The position numbers and the translations under genes are program-made. A stretch of 64,000 nt of DNA. It comes from Candidatus Latescibacterota bacterium. Lineage in GTDB: Bacteria; Latescibacterota; UBA2968; UBA8231. Positions 8,060 through 17,733 of the stretch are shown piece after piece. The stretch spans positions 2,368,001 through 2,432,000 of the forward strand of contig CBDCDC010000002.1 of the NCBI GenBank assembly GCA_965215195.1, written 5' to 3'. The first letter of the stretch is position 1. Every line of letters starts with the position of its first letter. The notes below the pieces were generated by a model. That model was not told the DNA's origin, did not search any database, and was given only the letters and a program-made list of their open reading frames with translations.

Positions 8060-10558
8060 ATGCTGGATAAATTGCGCCAACACATAGCGACTACCTTGCA
8101 GCGTTTGAGCGTCCGGCTAGAACGAGCCGGTACGGTTGAAGGGCTGCCGCGCCACGAGTGTCCCGTATTGATCTTTTTCCACGGCGATAGCTTGGCCCAT
8201 ACCATACGTCCTCTAGTCGTGGGACGAGCGCTGCGGGCGCGTGGCTATCCCGTCGAATTCGCGGGGGTGGGGCCTCACGCAGACCGAATCGCCGCTGAGG
8301 GGTTTCAAGTGTACGCGGTAGAAACCATGCCGCAAAGCCGCATGGATGAGTACGTGGCCCGCAGCGACTACGGCTACTACAATGCGGAGTGGATAGACCG
8401 CTGTGTACAAGCCGAACGCGCCCTCATCCGGCAACTTCGTCCTGCCCTCGTGCTGGCGGATATGCGGCCCACCTTGCCGCTCACCGCCTCCCTTGAAGGG
8501 GCGGACATAGCTCTGATTGAGGCGGCTTACAACCAACCGGGCTATCCTTTCCCCATTCGCCTGCCCACGGCCTTTTCTTTGGGCACCGAGCCCTTCGACG
8601 CATACGCTCACAACCACATCTCAACTTTCAAGCCACATCACACCCTCTACTTGGTGGCCGATGTGCCCCAGTTCCATCCACCGGGTGAAGATACCCCGTC
8701 TCACTACTGCTATGTGGGGCCACTGATCGAGTCGCCGCCACCCCGCCCTATCGCGGAGTTGGACGATTGGGATGATTCGTTACCACTGGTCTATTTCAAC
8801 TGCGGCAGCACCGGCGCTCATCCCGGCTTCCTCGACGAGGCGCTGTGCCGCATGGCCAACAAACCCTACCGCGTTCTGGTGACCACAGCGGGTCGTTGGG
8901 CAGGACAGGTAGAGACCCCCAATATCCGCGTCGCCGACTTCGTGCCCGCGGCTTGGGTGTTGGCGCGTGCGGCGCTCTTCGTCGGTGTGGGCGGCATTGG
9001 TTCCATCTATCACGCCTTGCGCCAAGGCGTGCCCGTGATCGGCGCACCCGAGCGCTTGGACCAGGAGTACCACCTCAACCGAGTGCATAACCTCGGTCTA
9101 GGATGCAAGCTCAACTGGGATGCGTTCCTCCGAGTGGATCCCCTGTTGGAGGCCATAGACGACCTTCTATCTCGGAGCGACGAGTTCGCTCCGCGCTGCC
9201 AAGCCCTTGCCGCACACATCGGGAAGTGGGACGGGGGCGAGGCCGCAGCCGATGCGGTGGACGCCTTTTTTGTAGGCCAGCATTCCGCCCACCAGATAGA
9301 GACGGCCTATCGGATGCCCGAGCCCGAATTTATCCACTATCTCAACCTGAGCACCCCGGCCGACCTCGGCGTTGAGGAGATCCGCACCTTACTTCACCGC
9401 AATCTGAGCCGCGGTCTGCCGCACATCCGACAGGGCAGCAAGATCGCCTTTGACCGGGCGGATTCTTGGAACTGGCTCTACGATCACGAGCCTGTGTTCT
9501 TTGAAAGCGATTATCGCGCCCACGAAGAGAAACGCCGCCGCTTTTTCCATTCTGTGAATGGCCACATCGCGCTGCACCGGAATCGTCAGCGCTACCGCCT
9601 CACCTATACGTATCGGCTCTACCCATCGACTTTGCCGCCCGATGTCAGCACCCGGCTCTTTCTGCCCTATCCCATACCTAGTCCACATCAAGGAGATATC
9701 GAGTTGCGCACCTGTGCGCCGGACGATCTGCGCACGTGCTTTGTGCCGCAGGCCGGTTTTTTTTACGGCTATCCCGTCCGGGCGGAGGAAGCCGCTCCAG
9801 CCTCGGTGGATTTTTCCTACACCTGTGAGTTGACCGTGCAGGGGCGTATCGGACCAACGGCCCCGGCTTCGCTGTCGGCTGGCGAATACCGCCGCTATAG
9901 CGAGATCGATCCCAAGCTGGCGCAAGAAGCGGTAGTCAAAAACTTTTTTGCCGAATTGGACTTGGATGGAGTAGAAGACCCGTTGGAAAAGGCGCGTCGC
10001 ATCTACGTCCAATTGGCCAAGACCAAGCGTTTCAAAAAAACCAAGGAGCCATCGCAGGACTTGGCCTCTTGCATCCACATGGTGTTGAACGACAATGGCG
10101 GCCACTGCATAACCTTGTCCAATACCTTTATCGTCCTCTGCCGCCTACAGGGGATCGCGGCGCGGCAGGTCACCGGGGCCCTAACGGGCTATCCCGTCGG
10201 CGAGGGTCGTTTTGCGATGGCGGTCTATAACGAGATTCTCTTCGGGCACACTTGGGCGGAAGTGTTTGCGCCGGGGCGCGGTTGGGTGCCGGTGGAGTTT
10301 CACGGCATTGTCATTGGTCCGCAGGCGGCGACGGAGGACAATGTTGCTGACGAAGCCCTGCGCCGCCATATCGCCGAAGTCGGCAGTCGCTATGTCGATT
10401 TTTACTTTGGCCAGTTGGATTGCCACCGCGTGGTGTGTTCCAATTCGGTCAAGACCCTACCGCAACTGTTGGCTCGGCACGAGACCGCATCCGGGCCACA
10501 ATTCCACATGCCGGAGGGCTTACAATACGAGTGCCAGCTCGTCATGGAGTGCCTCTGA
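8060..10558 (+). CDS. GT-B (GT1/MGT-like) glycosyltransferase fused to a C-terminal transglutaminase-like domain
   Basis: AHTIRPL, LVYFNCGST, DFVP...GGIGSIYHAL..GVP..DQ (GT1-like); GGHCITLS...LCRLQGIAAR...GHTWAEVFAPGRGWVPVE (transglutaminase core). Confidence 0.8.
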   Translation: MLDKLRQHIATTLQRLSVRLERAGTVEGLPRHECPVLIFFHGDSLAHTIRPLVVGRALRARGYPVEFAGVGPHADRIAAEGFQVYAVETMPQSRMDEYVARSDYGYYNAEWIDRCVQAERALIRQLRPALVLADMRPTLPLTASLEGADIALIEAAYNQPGYPFPIRLPTAFSLGTEPFDAYAHNHISTFKPHHTLYLVADVPQFHPPGEDTPSHYCYVGPLIESPPPRPIAELDDWDDSLPLVYFNCGSTGAHPGFLDEALCRMANKPYRVLVTTAGRWAGQVETPNIRVADFVPAAWVLARAALFVGVGGIGSIYHALRQGVPVIGAPERLDQEYHLNRVHNLGLGCKLNWDAFLRVDPLLEAIDDLLSRSDEFAPRCQALAAHIGKWDGGEAAADAVDAFFVGQHSAHQIETAYRMPEPEFIHYLNLSTPADLGVEEIRTLLHRNLSRGLPHIRQGSKIAFDRADSWNWLYDHEPVFFESDYRAHEEKRRRFFHSVNGHIALHRNRQRYRLTYTYRLYPSTLPPDVSTRLFLPYPIPSPHQGDIELRTCAPDDLRTCFVPQAGFFYGYPVRAEEAAPASVDFSYTCELTVQGRIGPTAPASLSAGEYRRYSEIDPKLAQEAVVKNFFAELDLDGVEDPLEKARRIYVQLAKTKRFKKTKEPSQDLASCIHMVLNDNGGHCITLSNTFIVLCRLQGIAARQVTGALTGYPVGEGRFAMAVYNEILFGHTWAEVFAPGRGWVPVEFHGIVIGPQAATEDNVADEALRRHIAEVGSRYVDFYFGQLDCHRVVCSNSVKTLPQLLARHETASGPQFHMPEGLQYECQLVMECL

Positions 10559-10559
10559 G

Positions 10560-11636
10560 ATGGATATTTCCGTGGTCATAGCCACCCATAACCAGCAGGA
10601 ACGGCTGCGGCTGGTGTTAGCCGGATTGCGCGGCCAGACTGCGCCGACTGGGCGCTTTGAAGTGGTGGTCGTGGATGACGGCTGTAGCGATGGGACGGCT
10701 GAGATGCTCGACGAGGTGGGTCGCCAGATGGACCTAAAGGTCGTTCGCCTGCGGCCCAACGAAGGGCGCTGTGTAGCTCGCAACCGGGGAGTGGAGGCCG
10801 CAACGGGAGAATTTGTCGCCTTCTTGGACGGGGACGCCCTGCCGCATCCACAGTGGATCCAACGCCATATCGAAGCCCTAAAACAAGGCGGGCGGGAGTC
10901 CCTGTTGTGTGGTGCCGAATACAGCTTGCCCGACTTGGAGTATCTACAAGATCCCCAACGTGGTATGCCAATGGAGGACAAGACGCCGAGCGTCGTGCGC
11001 GAGTACTGCCACGTCCACCGGCCGGCGTTGATCTTGACGGAGGACATGATCCTCAAAGCCTTTGACCCTATCGAAGCCCGCGCCGTGCTCGGCGGGTATC
11101 CCTTTCCCGAACTTGAGACCATGCAGGAACAGATCGCCGATCTTTTTGTCCAACACCCCGATTCTCCTATTGGTTGGATGGGCTTTTTCCCGCACAACGG
11201 CATGGTTGCTAGGGAGGCTTTTTTAGCGGTGGGTGGTTTTGATCCCGCCATGGCCTTTAGCGAAGGCTGGGACCTAGCATATCGACTGCAACGACGCGGC
11301 TGTCGGCCCTACTTTGTACCCGCGGCCAAGACCTATCACCTCTATCACTACCACGACTTTTCTGACCCGCTCAAGGCGCATGAGGAGACGCTTGCTCCCC
11401 AGCGGGCTGTGCAGTACATGGAGCAAAAATACGGCGATCCCAAGTTGCTGCTATTTCACTTCTGGTACGCCAGTATCTGGCCGGACCCCTTCCTACCCGA
11501 AGAGACGTTGCTGGAAGACTTGGTAGCATTTCACCATGCCTACGCGCACGAGCCTACCAGCCGACTGCGCGATCTGCGGATATTGTTGGATCATCACCCA
11601 CGATGGGCCGAACCGAGCGGAGCGCAAATCCCATGA
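10560..11636 (+). CDS. GT2 family glycosyltransferase
   Basis: MDISVVIATHN, VVDDGCSD, ARNRG, AFLDGD, GGFD..SEGWDL; start 1 nt after the upstream stop (the ORF track start at 10212 is too long). Confidence 0.9.
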   Translation: MDISVVIATHNQQERLRLVLAGLRGQTAPTGRFEVVVVDDGCSDGTAEMLDEVGRQMDLKVVRLRPNEGRCVARNRGVEAATGEFVAFLDGDALPHPQWIQRHIEALKQGGRESLLCGAEYSLPDLEYLQDPQRGMPMEDKTPSVVREYCHVHRPALILTEDMILKAFDPIEARAVLGGYPFPELETMQEQIADLFVQHPDSPIGWMGFFPHNGMVAREAFLAVGGFDPAMAFSEGWDLAYRLQRRGCRPYFVPAAKTYHLYHYHDFSDPLKAHEETLAPQRAVQYMEQKYGDPKLLLFHFWYASIWPDPFLPEETLLEDLVAFHHAYAHEPTSRLRDLRILLDHHPRWAEPSGAQIP

Positions 11637-13525
11637 AGTTGCCAACGTCAGCCGTGAGACATGCCCTGCGAGCCGGTGGGTTGGTCGCGTTGATAGCCCT
11701 GTCGTTGCTGCATCCTTCACACCTTAGTGCCTTCACTTGGGATTTTGCTCAGGAAGGCGATACCGAGGGTTGGGTCGCTTGGGAAAGTGATGCTTCGGGT
11801 GCGGTAATCAGAGCACCGCTGCATTCGGAAACAGCCGACGGAGTATGGCGCGTTGCTCCCCGGGATTTTGCGCCCGGTACTAGGCCGATCGTCGAATTGA
11901 TCTCCCCGTCAATTGGCCGCGATTCGGCCCTATTCAACCGCGTTCGCATTCGCCTGCGCGTACTGCATACGCAACCGCTTGAGAGTCAGATTTCGCTTCT
12001 CTGGAAGAATCCCGCTAACAAGAACCTCCGAGGATTCTTTATCAACGCGCAGCCGGGAACGGGGATTGATCATATCACCTTGCTCAAAAGCCAACGCCAT
12101 ATCTACACGGCCGATTGGCAGGAGGTGACGATTGATAGTGTGGCTTCCAAGACCTACGTAAGAGGGGACAAGGTATATCGGCGTGTCTGGGAAGATGAAT
12201 TGCTGGAAATACGCCTTCGTCTGCCCTTGTTCAACTACTCGAAGGACGTGGAGGGACCGGGGGAAATCCCCGAGGCGGTGGAAATTGATTGGATCGAGTT
12301 GACCCATGCGGAAAGGCCAGCTTTAGAGATCGCGCCGCCGAGAGGGGAAGAGCCGTACCCTGTCGGAACGCTCTTTGCCCTACCGCTTTTCTATCCTTTA
12401 GAGGTGCATGGATTGGACATAGGACAGCGCGGCCGGCCCGTAGCCGAATTGGGGGATCTGGATGGCGATGGCGACGTGGATATGGCGGCGGTATGGGAAA
12501 ACTGGCAGCCTAGGACTCATTCCGGCAGGGCTGGTTGGCTGTGCGCGTTCAATGAAGATGGCCGTTTCTCTCCAAAGGTCCGCATAGAACCATTCCCCGA
12601 AATCGGTCCCATCCCGAGGCTGGCCGGTGCTGATTTGCTCGGCGATGACCGCATGGAACTCATCGTGGGTTTTGGTCGTTCACTCGACCTATTGGCGCAT
12701 TCATCCGCCGGCTGGTCGGTGGCGCGGCATATGGATAGGGCAATTCCCTTGGGTATCGGCGATGTCGATGGGGATGGCGACGAGGATATATGGCTGACCG
12801 AGTTGTACTCCAAGACTTCGGTACGTGCCGTCATTTTGCTCAATGACGGGGAGGGACAGTTCGACGAACAAATGGCTCTGGCACCGGAGTTGGGCGAGTT
12901 CGATTGGATTCCCATGCGTCTGATCCACCATGTCCCAAGCGGCCGCAAGACGGGATTGCTTTGGGGCGGCCCGGATGTGGGCACTCCGCATGACTACATG
13001 GCGACTTATCTGGACGACCATGGGGCAACCATCCAAGAGTATCTCCGAGTGGATGCGGCGGCCGATTTGATCTGCTATGCAGGCGATTTTGATCGGGATG
13101 GAGATACCGATATGGTGGCGGGCAGGGCCGTCACCTCTACGACGATAGGCTCTGTGCCCACAGTGCTCACCGGGCTGGATCTTTTAATCAACCGAGGCGA
13201 CGGCGTCTTGGACAAGGTCGCATGGTACGAAGGGAGTTACGTGCAACAGGACGTGGTGTTTTCCGACCTCAATGAAGATGGTCTGTTGGACGCGGTATTT
13301 GTCGATCGCGATTTCCGCCAGCCGGCCCTCGTCGTCAGTATGGGAAGCAAGAATGGAGTGCCACTGCGGGAAGGCCACTATCCACTGCAAGGGTTGGGCG
13401 GAACGGTCATAAGCGGCGATGTGGATGGAGACGGGGACCTAGACTTGGCCGTGCTGGAAAATGCCGTGCGCGGTGGGGGTAGTGGCCTATACATCCTGTC
13501 CAACCAAACCAAAACGGACGATTGA
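11633..13525 (+). CDS. Divergent CBM-like/FG-GAP paralog D lacking the FlgD-Ig tail
   Basis: TWDFAQEGDTEGW, EIDWIEL, FG-GAP motifs; ends ILSNQTKTDD; ATGA overlap with GT2. Confidence 0.85.
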   Translation: MKLPTSAVRHALRAGGLVALIALSLLHPSHLSAFTWDFAQEGDTEGWVAWESDASGAVIRAPLHSETADGVWRVAPRDFAPGTRPIVELISPSIGRDSALFNRVRIRLRVLHTQPLESQISLLWKNPANKNLRGFFINAQPGTGIDHITLLKSQRHIYTADWQEVTIDSVASKTYVRGDKVYRRVWEDELLEIRLRLPLFNYSKDVEGPGEIPEAVEIDWIELTHAERPALEIAPPRGEEPYPVGTLFALPLFYPLEVHGLDIGQRGRPVAELGDLDGDGDVDMAAVWENWQPRTHSGRAGWLCAFNEDGRFSPKVRIEPFPEIGPIPRLAGADLLGDDRMELIVGFGRSLDLLAHSSAGWSVARHMDRAIPLGIGDVDGDGDEDIWLTELYSKTSVRAVILLNDGEGQFDEQMALAPELGEFDWIPMRLIHHVPSGRKTGLLWGGPDVGTPHDYMATYLDDHGATIQEYLRVDAAADLICYAGDFDRDGDTDMVAGRAVTSTTIGSVPTVLTGLDLLINRGDGVLDKVAWYEGSYVQQDVVFSDLNEDGLLDAVFVDRDFRQPALVVSMGSKNGVPLREGHYPLQGLGGTVISGDVDGDGDLDLAVLENAVRGGGSGLYILSNQTKTDD

Positions 13526-13570
13526 ATAGGGGGGCGCGTGTTAGGTGCTGCCGAAAAGAGAGGGCATAAG

Positions 13571-14905
13571 ATGATAAGACGGCCATGGAAAGTCCCATTC
13601 CGAAAAAATAGAAAGCTGCAAAGCTGCTTGGCGGTGTCGCTGGCCTTGCATCTGCTGGTGATCTTCGGACTCCCGCGCCACGAGCGGATCACCCACTTTC
13701 CCGTCCAACCGCCGATCATGGTGAAGTTTACCAAGAAGCGCCCGCTGCCGCGCACCCTCGCCCGCCGCCAACGGCCCCAGCAACGCCCGTTGGTGCGCCG
13801 CCCCGCCCTGCAAGCGGCCCCGGTCGTGGCCATGCGGCCGGCGCCGTCGGCGACGCGCCCGCTACCGGTGTTCAAGTCGTCGGCTCTCCGACTGCCAACG
13901 GCGGCACTGCCGGCGCGGCTGGTGCTGCCCGTGCCGGATTTCCCCGCTCGGCACATTGGTCCTCACCTACAGGCGGGGGCGTTGGAAGGGACGCGGCAAG
14001 GGGCCGACGAGATTGACTTGGCGTTGGAACTGATGGATGTGGAAGCGATGGACACGGGTCAGCACCGGGCGATGGTGGTCGTCGATCCAAAAGACCGGCG
14101 TCAGCTCAAGGGCTTTCTCTATTTGTCGAGTGTCCACAGCGAAGCGCTTGAGCGCGCCGAGGCCAGCGCGGCTTCGGAGCGCAGCGGGGGGTGGTCGCGC
14201 AGCATCGCCGAGCAGCGCATGCTGCAGGGGCTCGCCGACAAAATGAGCGAGCGCACCGGCGTACATACCCAAGTGCTCGACGGCCTCGCCTTGGACGACC
14301 CGCGGCTGATGCAGGTGCCGTTTCTGTTGCTGACGGTTCGGAGCCAAGTCGCCTTCACCCAAGCCGAAGCCAAAAACTTGGGACGTTATCTAACCTCGGG
14401 CGGGTTCCTCTATGCGGATATTGTCTCCCAGCCTCTCTCTCGCGCGGGCGGCTATCAACACGACTTGCCGGCGTTGCGCGATTTCATTCGCCAAGCCTTT
14501 GGGCAGATAGACTACGCCGAACACAAAGATTGGTCTTTCGTGCGGTTGCCGCCCGAGCACCCGCTCTACCATTGCTTCTACGACGTGGACTCCCTGCCGC
14601 GCGGTTTCTGGGACATCATGTTCTGGTATTGGAACACTGGGAGTCGCTTTGAATTGTCGCCCAATTACTTGGAGGGCATTGAGGTGGATGGCCGTATCGT
14701 GGGAGTTTACTCGCAGAAGTGCTACGCGGAAATGTGGGCTGGCGAGGCCGAGCGGATCCGCGAGGCGGATCGGGCTGCCGACAAAGCCGGTCGTTTTGAC
14801 ACGGGCGCGGATGAGTTGCCGGTCTATGACCTCGGCGTCAATATCGTGGTGTACGCCCTGACGCGCGAGGGATCATTGGCTCAACAGTTCGTCGAGGCGG
14901 ACTGA
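13571..14905 (+). CDS. Membrane-anchored DUF4159-like protein 1 with Pro/Arg-rich linker
   Basis: N-terminal TM helix (SLALHLLVIF); PFLLLT..EA.NL..YL.SGGFL, HPLYHCFYD, LGVNIVVYALT. Confidence 0.8.
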   Translation: MIRRPWKVPFRKNRKLQSCLAVSLALHLLVIFGLPRHERITHFPVQPPIMVKFTKKRPLPRTLARRQRPQQRPLVRRPALQAAPVVAMRPAPSATRPLPVFKSSALRLPTAALPARLVLPVPDFPARHIGPHLQAGALEGTRQGADEIDLALELMDVEAMDTGQHRAMVVVDPKDRRQLKGFLYLSSVHSEALERAEASAASERSGGWSRSIAEQRMLQGLADKMSERTGVHTQVLDGLALDDPRLMQVPFLLLTVRSQVAFTQAEAKNLGRYLTSGGFLYADIVSQPLSRAGGYQHDLPALRDFIRQAFGQIDYAEHKDWSFVRLPPEHPLYHCFYDVDSLPRGFWDIMFWYWNTGSRFELSPNYLEGIEVDGRIVGVYSQKCYAEMWAGEAERIREADRAADKAGRFDTGADELPVYDLGVNIVVYALTREGSLAQQFVEAD

Positions 14906-15177
14906 GGGCTGTTGTGCCGCAATACTATAACCACGTTTGCCAAGAACTCGGCGATCTGCTGGGCATTTCCGGCTAAGCGCATATACGCCGACGTTAGGCG
15001 GTCAGACAAGGCGGATGAAACCCGCCTCGCCATAGAGCAGGCAGACGGGCGCAGGCTACACGTTCCTGTCCGCGCAAAAGATCGAAAATTTGCCGAAGAC
15101 CTCTCCGCGGAGCGCAAGTGAGTACGCTTACAGCAAGTCCTTGCCGACCCCAACGGGTTTTAGAAACGCATCTAAAG

Positions 15178-17388
15178 ATGAAAGCTCTATTCGCCGTTCT
15201 GCTCCTCGCCACGCAACTGCACCGCGCTGACGCGATAACGTGGGAATTCGACGCAGCAGACGACACCCAAGGGTGGACCGCCCGCGAAAGTGCCGATTCG
15301 GTAGCCCCTACGAATACGCTAGCTCACCTGAACTCAGAAGTCAGCGATGGGGTCTGGCGCATTGATATGGCCCCCTTTAAGTACGGGCGCAATCCGTCGC
15401 TCCAGTTAGTCTCGCCTTTTATCGGGCAGGATTCCGGGCTGTTTGATCGGGTTGAGGTTCGTCTTCGCGTGGTGCATACCACCCCGTTTCTCGGTGGTTC
15501 CTCGCTCCACTGGACGAATGTGCATAATCAATTGACCCCTGGTTGGGAGTCTCGTGAACAACAAGATCAGAATACCTTCTTCTGGGTTCTCCAGTGGCAT
15601 ACCTATACCACGGACTGGCAGGAGATCATGTACGCGCCTTTGGAGACGGGCACGGTCGAATCGCCCGGCGGCCGGCGGTACGACATCGTATGGGAAGGGG
15701 TACTGGACGATATAAGGATTGATTTACAGCTATATGCATTTGACCCGGATGATGTCCTTAACGCGGCCGTGGGTGCGGGGGATGACTTAGTGAAGAGCGC
15801 AGCCGAGGTGCCGGCGGCTGTGGAGATCGACTGGATACGATTGACGGGCGTAGAAGAGCTGATCGAGGGCGAGTTGCCGCCGCCGGCCGTAGCGTTGTCC
15901 ACGTCCTTTGGCCGCTTGTTTAACTTGCCTACTTTCCATCCTCTGGAGGTGCTACCGGATACGCGATTTGCACCGTTTTTGGGGGATATGGACGGGGACG
16001 GGACGATAGACTTGGTTGCCGAGTGGAGTAGAACCTTACCTTTAACGGACACAGAAGGCTGGTTCGTCGCGTTTGGAGACGGTGCCGGCGAATTTTCACA
16101 CGGATATGTGGAGACGGTGCCAACACCGAAGGGATGGTCTGAAATAATCGGCGGTGATATCAATAGAGACGGGTTGTTAGATCTCGTGGTGGCAAACGGG
16201 AAGACCATCGAGGTGCTCGTCAATTATGGCGCAGAGGGTTTTGTGAAACAAGAGTTAAGTTCTTTCTTCTCTGACTACAAAACCTTCTCGCCTATTACCT
16301 TGGCGGACCTTAACAGAGATGGCTACGAAGATATGTGGACCGGCGTGAACTTTGGCTATGACGACGCCGATATGCTGGTGCTGTTAAACGACGGCACAGA
16401 CCAATTCGGCTCGTCGAGTAGCCTGTCGCTGCGTCCCCAAAGGGGATTTATGGGATTTCAGCCGTCCCGGTTGATAGAGGCGATAGGAGTGAGCCAAGGG
16501 CCCGGTCTGTTGTGGCAGCCGCCTTATGATGATCCGGGGGCGGGCTACAAGGCGACATATCTCAATACAGTCGGAGACCTGGAGATTCGGTCTCTCCCCA
16601 TTCGGATAGACCATATTAAACAGACTCAACTGCTCCGCTATGTGGGAGATCTTGACCGGGACGGGGATGTGGATTGGGTTCTGAGCGATGTGAGAATTTT
16701 TGATAATTATGTGATGTTCAAAGGGCTGACCCTCGGGATCAACCCGGGCGACGGGGGCTTAGACGAGATGCGGTTGCACCGGGACGTGTTCCTCATCGGC
16801 GAGGTCCTGTCTCAAGACCTGAACGGCGATGGTCGGCTCGATTTGGTTTTCGTCAACAGCGGCTTTCGTCATCCGGGCCTCGTGGTCCACTTAGGTCAGG
16901 AGGACGGTCCCCCACTACAAGAGGGCTACTACCCGCTTAGTGGACCGGGCGGGAGCCTCGCCGCGGGCGACCTAGATAACGATGGCGATATAGATATAGT
17001 GGTATTGGAGTCGGCTGCCAGAGGGGGGGGAGGCGGGGTACATGTGCTGCTCAACGCTTCGGACGTAGCCACGGCCGTCACCGAAACGATAGGAGGCTCT
17101 CAGCCGGTTTCGTTTGCGCTAGGGGCGAACTATCCCAATCCGTTTAATCCGGCCACGACCATCCCCTTGGCCGTGCCCACCGAAGCCGGGGACGTGAACT
17201 TAGCTATCTACAACGTCTTGGGGCAGCCGGTGCGCCAAGTGTGGGCGGGTCCGTTGGCGACGGGCGAGCACCGGCTAACTTGGGATGGTCGGGACGCGCA
17301 GGGGCAATCCGTCGCTGCTGGGGTCTATTTGTATCGGTTGCAGGTGGGCAACCAGACGCGCCTCCGCAAGATGGTCAAACTCGAATAG
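15178..17388 (+). CDS. Divergent FG-GAP/FlgD-Ig paralog E
   Basis: Signal peptide MKALFAVLLL; TWEFDAADDTQGW; FG-GAP motifs; GANYPNPFNP tail. Confidence 0.85.
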   Translation: MKALFAVLLLATQLHRADAITWEFDAADDTQGWTARESADSVAPTNTLAHLNSEVSDGVWRIDMAPFKYGRNPSLQLVSPFIGQDSGLFDRVEVRLRVVHTTPFLGGSSLHWTNVHNQLTPGWESREQQDQNTFFWVLQWHTYTTDWQEIMYAPLETGTVESPGGRRYDIVWEGVLDDIRIDLQLYAFDPDDVLNAAVGAGDDLVKSAAEVPAAVEIDWIRLTGVEELIEGELPPPAVALSTSFGRLFNLPTFHPLEVLPDTRFAPFLGDMDGDGTIDLVAEWSRTLPLTDTEGWFVAFGDGAGEFSHGYVETVPTPKGWSEIIGGDINRDGLLDLVVANGKTIEVLVNYGAEGFVKQELSSFFSDYKTFSPITLADLNRDGYEDMWTGVNFGYDDADMLVLLNDGTDQFGSSSSLSLRPQRGFMGFQPSRLIEAIGVSQGPGLLWQPPYDDPGAGYKATYLNTVGDLEIRSLPIRIDHIKQTQLLRYVGDLDRDGDVDWVLSDVRIFDNYVMFKGLTLGINPGDGGLDEMRLHRDVFLIGEVLSQDLNGDGRLDLVFVNSGFRHPGLVVHLGQEDGPPLQEGYYPLSGPGGSLAAGDLDNDGDIDIVVLESAARGGGGGVHVLLNASDVATAVTETIGGSQPVSFALGANYPNPFNPATTIPLAVPTEAGDVNLAIYNVLGQPVRQVWAGPLATGEHRLTWDGRDAQGQSVAAGVYLYRLQVGNQTRLRKMVKLE

Positions 17389-17399
17389 ACGACCGAGCT

Positions 17400-17700
17400 T
17401 GGAGCCGACATGCTGGAGAAATTGCGCCACTTGCAGCATTTAAGCATCCGGCTGAAATGGGCCGGCACGGTTGAAGGGCTGCCGCGCCACGAGTGCCCCG
17501 TACTGATCTTTTTCCACGGCTACGGCTTGGCTCACACCATCCGCCCGCTGCGGGTGCGCGGCTACCCCGTCGAATTCGCAGGAGTGGGGCCTCCGCCGAA
17601 AATTCCGGCAGGGTCGGTGGGCTGTGCGCGTTCAATATTACCATTCCCCGAAGTCGATCCCAACTAGACAAAAACGGACGATTGAATGGGGGGGCGCGTG
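17400..17700 (+). pseudogene. Collapsed relict of the GT1-TGase / GT2 / paralog D block
   Basis: Matches 8050-8275, then short pieces of 12519-12611, then 13500-13540. Confidence 0.8.
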
Positions 17701-17733
17701 TTAGGTGCTGCCGAAAAGAGAGGGCATAAGACG

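Noticed and set aside
2150-8083. Recurring ~240-aa minus-strand ORFs (MCLFEFDHLA...) and other antisense ORFs
   Set aside because: They are shadows of the GC-rich duplicated plus-strand genes, so their recurrence is explained by paralogy
10212-10559. N-terminal extension of GT2 in the ORF track
   Set aside because: It overlaps the transglutaminase domain in another frame; the GT2 motif starts at ATG 10560
146-11636. Calling the locus a glycocin, lanthipeptide or lasso peptide cluster
   Set aside because: No double-glycine leader, C39 peptidase ABC transporter, LanM, radical SAM, YcaO or lasso cyclase is visible; the leader is signal-peptide-like
14912-15121. 69-aa ORF before paralog E as a possible third precursor
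   Set aside because: No leader similarity, no Cys scaffold and no RBS; its 5' part is just the DUF4159 downstream flank repeated at 27178
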